In this document: piece after piece, positions 42,967 through 50,369 of the stretch
Layout: every line of letters begins with the position of its first letter
Numbering within the stretch: the stretch's first letter is position 1
NCBI GenBank assembly: GCA_008632985.1
Contig: QPGO01000061.1
Coordinates: 372,001-422,369, forward strand
DNA length: 50,369 nucleotides
Direction: 5' to 3'
Origin: Psammoneis japonica
Taxonomy: Eukaryota
Notes under the pieces: generated by a model
Databases searched by the model: none
Seen by the model: only the letters and a program-made list of their open reading frames with translations
Told to the model about the DNA's origin: nothing
Translations under genes and position numbers: made by a program

Positions 42967-45119
42967 AATAAAGACTTGCTCACTGAACAAAGTGATTCAC
43001 ATGGAATGGGTGACATTGATGCCAACTTTTACAAACACACACGTGCACAATCATTTGTTTGTCCTCAACGGTCATTTTGCTGAAAAATTTTCACTCAAAC
43101 GGGCCATTGCAGACAAACGTGCAGGGCCATGGACAGTTTTGTTGGAAAGTGAGACAAATTGCCATGTGTCCCAGCACAACCATGGCAACATTGTGCTTGC
43201 ACTCAGGGACTCTCCACCTCTTGTTTGGACAACAAACTTTGGTCTGACTGAGGAGATCTTGTCAGATTTTTCCACAACAGAGAGCTGGTTGGGAGCCCAT
43301 CTCACTCTTGGCGACACTGCTCCACTCACTGGCCAACAGCAACAAAATCAACATGACTTGGACAAAGCAAGACAGCTCCAAGATGAGCCACCAGCAGCAT
43401 TGAAGTCTCAAGGGTTGGGTGCAGCTGGCCAACTTCTCTGTTGGAAATTGCCAATGCTGTGGGAGTCACATGCGTTGCCACTCACACTTCTGAAGGGGTG
43501 ATCTGAACAAGCTCTTCAAGACATTGAGCTGGTGTGGAGTTGTCTCTGTTGTTGTTTTGCTCTCCCAAGTGTTCCCATCAGTTCATCTGGCAGAAGCATG
43601 ATGAGAGCAACTGCAATGGTCACATGTGCCAACTTTTTAATGGCATCTGCTGTTTGCACTTCTGACACCAGCTGCTGCTGTGCACAAAGAGAATCCTCAA
43701 TGTGAGCTGTCACCTGTTGCTCTTTCACACCTCTTTTGATGACACAGCAGATGTGTTGACAATGCCACAGCACACTTTGGCTGCTCCAAAATGACAAGCT
43801 TGGATGGCTGGGCCTGAATGTTCAAGTTGGAAGGAGTCGGGGCCTTTTTGGGACACACTGGAACTTGGAATCATTCTGATGTGTGGGTCACTTTGTTTGA
43901 TGGTGCCAATGCCAGAGATGTGCCATGCATCAGGAACAACTCATTGCAGCCTGCACTTGGCCACACAATTTCCTTGACCTCTGTGGTTCAGGAAATGTTT
44001 CAACAGTCATCGCAGCCTGCACTTGGCCATTGACCCAAAGGGACCTGGACACAGGTGCAGAGTTTCTTGGTGACCAAGCTGGACTTTCCTGTGGGAGTGG
44101 CGCGTGCACATGACATCTTCTGGTGATGACAGATTTTGTTTTAGATGAAAACTGCTGCCATTGAAATGGAGTCCAGACAAACCTGAGAGCCAGGTGGCAC
44201 AGTTCCTCAGTTCTGGAGGAGCTGCTGCTGGACCAGCAAACGTGTGTCCACCGGCTTTGAAGGTGGCACTCCACCTCCAGCAGTGCCCAGCTGGTCAACC
44301 CTGGAGCTGCAAATGCATTTGGCTTTCAGCATCTTTGAGTGGAGATGGATCAGCTCTTGGGAGTGGCAGTTTCTTGAAGTGAGTCTCCATTTTTCAATGC
44401 ACCATCATCACTGGGTGGATGCCCACGGGGGGACCCTCCAGCAGGCGGCAAGGCTGTGTTTGACGGACTTGGCCAGTCCTTTTCTTTGTCACTCTTGTGA
44501 TGGGAAGAGTGCAGAGATTGGCGACAATGACAATGCAGGATCAGTCTTTGCGTGCTTGAATTCCACCATTGCATTGCAGCTGACCTCTTCACCAGGTCCG
44601 GCACAGCAATGAGTGCAGCACGAGAAGAAGCCACAAGCAAGCCCTCCAAGCGGCTCTTGCACCAACACCTTTTTTGCAATTCCAAGCTTGCAAGTGTGTT
44701 TTTTAAAAGATGTCTCTTTGAAAAGCATTTTTCCTCAGCAGCGCAGTGCATGTGCTCGCTTCTGTCGTCGCATCATCGTCAACACCCGGGCGGTGTGTGG
44801 CATTTTCACGCTTTTCTGTTTTTTTTTGTTTTGGGGAATGTGTGGCTCACATCATTTGACAAACCCTTTCAGTCGGCAAAACCACAGCATGCTGTGGCAC
44901 TTGGCACAAAATTGCACGTGCACTTTGCCGTGTCAAAAGCTGGAGGCCACAGTGAAAGCACGAAAGAAAGAGACAGTCTGGCTGTTGTTTCCCACCCTGT
45001 TTGATGCTGGGGCACACCTTGTGTGTGCAAACTGCTGGTTGAACAGACATGTTTGACAACACACAATGATCTTCTGCTGAAAGAATCTACTTTGTGAGTC
45101 ATTGAGAGCCTCACAAAGC

Positions 45120-45513
45120 ATCTCTGGTTGTTTCCCGGCAATTTGCGCTTCAACGCGGCGAGCGATTCACCGCACTTTGCGGTGGTGAAACAAGGGTTGT
45201 CCAAAATTTTCGATTTGACATCTCTGCAAGCAAAAGTTTCGAGTTGCATGACCTTTGCATGTGTCGAGCAACAGTTGTGTGACGTTAAACCGCTTGCATT
45301 GCTCATGTGGATGTTCACACTTTTAACCGTGCTTTCACCACGTGATTTTTTTTACAACTGCCGCAGGTGAAGTGCTCACGTAGAATTCCACGTGTTGCAT
45401 GTTCTGCATGCTGTGGTTTGGCCCATTCTGGAAAACTGAAAGGGGGTTTTTCGATCGGCCATGCCGCACCGGCATGTGTGATGGAAGGAATCGGACCTAA
45501 ACTGAATCTCTTC
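45120..45513. mobile_element. Partial end of a related TIR element
   Basis: cacgtagaattccacgtg at 45377-45394 and an end-like cggacctaaactgaatctcttc; homology with block 1 resumes immediately after (~45520). Confidence 0.4.
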
Positions 45514-45715
45514 CTCAGTTAAGACAGGACGAGTGGCACCCAGCACATCTAGCAAAACAATGTTGAAGCTGTTGATGATCAAGCTTGTGTCATGACTGGA
45601 AAGATCTGTTCAATGAAGAGCCTGCTGGAGATCCAGAGTCTTCACCAGAAACGTGATCCTTTCGCGGTCCTGTTCATCATTGTTGTCACCAGAGACCCCT
45701 TGAGAGCCAGGGCAT

Positions 45716-46865
45716 TCACACGAAGGAAGCATTTTCCCCAGAGCTCTGTTCGAGCCGCTTTACAAGCGTCTCACGAGTGCCATCCACATCCAGTCCAGCC
45801 TCATCCAGCTTTCTTTGCAACGTTGAAACACTCATGCCGTCCACATGGTTGTGGTCCTGAAGAGTGGCATTGGGCTTGTTCATGGCTGCAGAAATCAACT
45901 CCCGGAACAACTTGGGGGATTCCATCGACTCGAAGCTCTCCGTTTTCATCACTGCTTCATGGTTGGCAATGAAGAAATTGATCACCGTTTCCTTCAGAAG
46001 AGCGCAATTCTTTCGGTCTGCACAGTGTAGTTTTTTGATTGCATTTTCGAGAGTCACTTCTGACTCTGCCACCTTGGCTTCTGCGAGGAGCTTCAAGCTT
46101 AAGCATTCAAACTTGTCTGCAATGTCCAGCAGGTTGTGGCATTTTCTTCCACGCAAAAGTCCTTTGGAAGCTCGTCTCGACAAACAAAGTGCAGAAACGC
46201 GTGAAAAATGGACGGATCGACATTTTCCATTACAATCTCCTTTGTCTGCTCGGATGGCTCGCACTTTAGAACCTCAGACAGCCCCGGGGCTCGCTTGGCA
46301 AGAATCACCTTGTGACAATGAAACGTCCTGCCACCCACAGAAAAGGTGACGTCTGAGAAATCTTTTGACTCGAATGCACCCTTCATGTCCTTGCTGAATG
46401 TGTTTGTTGGACACCACAACCTGGGCTTGGGATCTTGAGGCACATTCAGAATCATCATGTCGACGCTGACTGCAAGCGTTCCATTCACGAGATGTCCTCT
46501 CGACGGATCAAGAACGTGTTTGCGCTGTGCAAAATCACTGCGTCCATCACATTCGTCTTCATCAAAAGTTCCGATTTCAGTTTTCGTGTTGGTCCCGCAT
46601 GCAGCGAGTGCATCACCTGTGGCAGCCTGTTTTCATCATTGTTGCCCAAACCGGAGGCAACACGTGCAATGCAAATGGCAACACAATGCCGTGAAAATTT
46701 CGCCAAGCCTCTGGGGAACAGCTGCAGTTGCCACTGACACCCATGGCAAGGAAGTGATCTGGAAAGAACATGCTCCCCAGCATTTTGAGGAAGACTGGCA
46801 AAGCCAGGGAAATTAAAGCAGATGGTTTGCTTTTCCGAAAGCACCGTTCCGCCAACTGCAGCCAT
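45716..46865 (-). pseudogene. MATH-BTB(-BACK) SPOP-like pseudogene, copy 2 (less CpG-decayed)
   Basis: FSDVTFSVGGRTFHCHKVILAKRAP, ENVDPSIFHAFLHFVC, ADKFECLSLKLLAEA, MSVSTLQRKLDEAGLDVDGTRETLVKRLE; frameshifts. Confidence 0.85.
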
Positions 46866-47540
46866 GATGAATGTTTTTTTTGCTAAGAACGGTGCTGCAA
46901 CTCAAGATGGAACAATGAAACACAACAAAATCAGACTTCCCATGTTGTTCTTAGAACTCATCAAAGGCGAATGAGGACTTGCGGAGGAAGAGGGGAGAGT
47001 GGTGGCGAAGCTGTGCCGTTGCCGCTGTGCGGCTGCTGCTGAAGGTGAGGAAGGATTGCGACGAGCGACAAGAGGATTCGTGCTTTGTTGAGTCGCCTTC
47101 TTTTCTTTTCCAAACTGATCCACTGCACAACTCAATTCCTTGTGTCGAAAGGCTTTCACACAAAGGTGTTACAAAGAGTGTTTTTGGCAATGATGGGAGG
47201 GCTGTGATCGAAGTGTGAAAGCGCCGCTGCTGTTGGTTTCATCATTGTCGATTTGAGGCTCCGGCTCCCATTGCGCGGTGTCGCGTGATCAGAAACAGGC
47301 AGGTTCGCATGCACCGTACGGTGGCGAACCCATGCCGATAGCTGGGTCGTGTGACATGAGGCCAGCAAAAAATTCAAATCATAAATCATGGCCACAGTCG
47401 TGCAGCTTCACAACAGATGAAGTTGGGAATGTTTTTGCACTTGACTGGCACATGGCTTGGCACACAACCATCAGATGGCTTCATGTGTGCACAGCCATGC
47501 TCACTCCCACTGAAAAGTCAAGTCAACTCAGCAGGCTGGC

Positions 47541-47816
47541 TGACAGAAATTGAAGGCAAATGGCAAGAATTCAAACAATGACTCCTTGCTGCTGTCTAAA
47601 CAGCAGATGAGTCTCCGCTCAGAGACCGTTGCAGGAGCCAAAAGACGTGTGAGTCGGTGTGGTTGGGCTGCTGTTGTCATTCTTGTGAGCCTTGTGGCTC
47701 GAAAGCAAACTGCATCGCGCGCGAACGCGCGGAACCAAAGCACACAAAACTGTGCGCGGCAAACTAAACAGCGCGCGACATTTCGCGTGCACCCAAATCC
47801 TGTTCAAATCCTGTCA
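47541..47816 (-). repeat. 3' LTR (276 bp) of the copia element
   Basis: Minus strand reads TGACAGG...TCTGTCA (TG..CA with a short inverted repeat), preceded by a PPT TGGGGAG (47817-47823). Host-repeat homology stops exactly at 47540. Confidence 0.7.
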
Positions 47817-50369
47817 CTCCCCAGTTTGCTTGAGGAGTCACAGAAACAGATTCGACTTTGGATGAAATGAAGTTCCAGAACATGAGGGGGTGGAGAAGGT
47901 CCCAGATTTGGGAGCAACCCCAATGCTTGCTGAGGATGTCAGCAGGGTTGCGGGAGCCTTCGATGAAGTGGAACTCAAGGTGACCAGAGGCAATTGCCTC
48001 ACGCACACGGTGGAACGATGGTGCGGTGTGTCGCTTGTGTAACTTGGAGTGCGGGATGGTGGCACTGTCTACAACCGACTTGTTGTCACCAAACATGTGA
48101 CTGACATTACGGATCGGGACGCCAAGGTGGCGCAGGGTGATGCGCAGGTCAATGATCTGCTCGACACAAGTCCTTGCAGCAACAAATTCAGACCCGCAGG
48201 TCGCAGTCTCCACGGTGGCTTGCTTCTTAGAGAATCAATCAGCCGGGAATTTGTTGAGGAAGTGGAGCATTCCCATGACAGAGCGTCCGGTGAGCATGCA
48301 ATGGCACAAGTTTGCATCGACGTAGTGGGTGGCAGTGACGAACTTGCCAAGGGGCGGTGGAGCGTCCTTCGGGATCATCTCTTCTGCTTCGCCGTGCATG
48401 GAATGCATCCATTCACAGGCCAGAGCAGGGAGATCCGAATGGTCGGGCTCTTCCGTGCGAACGTGGAGAGCACCGTGTCGCATCTTGGAGAGGTGCCCAC
48501 AGACGCGTTTGGCACGATCCAAGTGGCCTTGACGGGGCGCAGCTCGGAAGCTAGAGAGTGACATGACGGCCGTGGCAATGTCAATTCGACCAAGGGACAC
48601 TGCCCATTGGAGTGAACCAACAAGAGACTGGAGCTTGTGAATGCCATCGGGTCCCAGCAGTTCGGAAGTGTCCAGTTCGGGGTGGTCACCCTTCTCCAGA
48701 GGTGACAGGGCGTTGGTGGTGGGTTTCTCCCCAAACAGTTGGGCGCAGCTGTCGACCATGCGCTTGATGTACTTGCGCGGAGACAGGCACAAGGTTCCAT
48801 TGGGATCCCGGGAAAAGTCGCAACCCAGATGGAACTCAATGGGTCCCGCACCCTTGAGCTTGAACTTGCACTTTTCCGTGAGAGCATCGACGAAAGATTG
48901 AGGGTCCTTCATGGCAATGGCGAGGTCATCCACATAAACGGCAATGTGTTCACAGTGGTCGCCGTTCCTGCGCATCCAAATGTCGGGTTCGGCGCGGCAG
49001 GGGAAGAAGCCTTCAGCTCGCAGGCAGTCGGCGAAGCGCTGGTGCCAGCGGAGACCGGAGCTGCGCAGTCCATGCAGGGCCTTGTGGATGACAAGGATGT
49101 GTCCTTCGAGTTTGCCAAATTCGGGTCCGGCTGCAATGTAAAGCTTCTCCTTGGTGGTGGCTTCAAGGCAGGCATTGCCAATGTCGGTGGCCCATGTCTC
49201 CAACTCGTTGAGTTCGGCCAGGAAATCATCAGCCGAAGGCCACGGAGGGAGACTGCTCCGGAGTGGACACTGTCGACAGGTACGTCCGTGAGGTGCCCGT
49301 CGGCTACGAGTCGTGCCTTGTGGCGACCGTCGTGTTTCACGTCGTGCACTGGGTGCACTCGGATCTTCTTGTGTCCCACAGGAGGAGTGGAAGACTCGAA
49401 GGGCCCGCAGTCATGGAAGACTTCGTATTCGTCGAGTTGGTCCATCTCGAGATTAGTTGCGTCTCCCCATTTGCGGTTGCCATTGCGTTCGTCTAGTGAC
49501 ATGGCATGTTTGCAGTTCCGGGGAACTTCGCATCCGTACTTGCAGCGAGGTGCAGTGCGGAAGGAGCGAAGCTTGGCTTGGTTGGCCAAGCGAAATGGCT
49601 TCTTTTGGCGCCTTGTGATGGTGCAGAACCGCTTCCAGCCATCCGTGTCGAGGAGTCCGTTCTCTCGTGCATAGATGGCGCAGGTGACGGGGTCGTCCTT
49701 GGCGATGATGGCAAGAGGCTCAGACGTGATCTCCCCACTTTCCCATTCAAGCATGATGTTGTAGCTTGAGCCTTTCCAGGTTGGGTCGTGAGGCTTCAGA
49801 GGTCCTTCACGATGCATCGAAATTTCCAAATGGCAGTGTCTTCGTCTTCTTGCTCAATGTGATTCATGATGTCATTGCAGGCAAGGACTTCCTCGCATTC
49901 GTCGTTGTTGACAGAGCAGACGAACTTAGCGAGCTTGGGATTGCCGTTCACTTTCCATTCGTGGTCTTCGACGGCCTTGACGATGCGAGCTCTGTGGTGT
50001 TGTCCGTCCTCTTGTGGCTGCATGAGGAAGGTGCGTCCAATGATGTCTTGCGGATCAAAAACTGGCATCTTGGGTGTCCTGATCTCCCCATCAGGAGAAT
50101 CGACGGGGTTGTCATCATGGCGAGATTTGATGATGGGTTCAGGTGGCTCCCCATCAGGAGGATCAAGACGCAGGTTTCGAACGGCAGGATCGGTGGCAGC
50201 GGAGCGGACGTTGGACTGGTGGAGGATCTTCTGAGTCTCGTCAGAGAGAATCTTGAAGGTCATCTGGTGGCCGACGTGCTCAGCAATGCCAACGAAGCGT
50301 CCACGCAACTCACGGGATTCGGACGGCCAATCGGAGTCATCGAGGTGGAAGCATGCGGGTTCCCACCAG
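47541..50369 (-). mobile_element. Ty1/copia (CoDi-like) LTR retrotransposon, 3' part: integrase C-term, RT, RNase H; frameshifted
   Basis: DVKHDGRHKARLVADGHLT, DIGNA.LEA, IAVYVDDL, FGDNKSVV, HRVREAIA, NPADILSKHW; extends beyond the window end. Confidence 0.92.

Noticed and set aside
47800..50369. Alternative genetic code or RNA editing to explain Tyr->Cys/His
   Set aside because: Host genes use TAT/TAC and TAG normally, non-coding TIRs show the same change, and the element also has frameshifts.

Overview
Eukaryotic DNA, most likely a pennate diatom. This is inferred from CoDi-like copia remnants, RRL processing sites, short GT-AG introns and a gametolysin-type M11 gene. The window has two compositionally distinct compartments. 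(1) A tandem array of three large secreted mucin-like genes (<1-6627, 8589-12731, 25328-30334). They share an N-terminal Cys domain pair and a Thr/Pro stalk but carry different C-terminal heads: vWA-like plus 2 FG-GAP propellers, a prokaryote-like propeller, or 2 FG-GAP propellers. Each is followed by decayed propeller remnants, and a damaged M11 metalloprotease gene lies between the second and third. (2) Two transposon/pseudogene blocks (~13.7-21.7 kb and ~31-50.4 kb) contain copia remnants, duplicated MATH-BTB pseudogenes, a 10.4-kb TIR element with a 4-bp TSD (Plavaka-like transposase fragment plus cargo ORFs) and two related MITEs. The strongest signal is that TpA is almost erased from the TE blocks by TpA->TpG/CpA transitions: conserved Tyr becomes Cys/His, TAA/TAG stops are lost, and GTAAG donors become GCAAG. 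This runs opposite to fungal RIP, is partly uncoupled from CpG decay, and spares the host paralogs and the short MITEs. One cargo ORF of the large element shows weak motifs reminiscent of DNA base-modification enzymes. All family calls are by eye; no searches were run.
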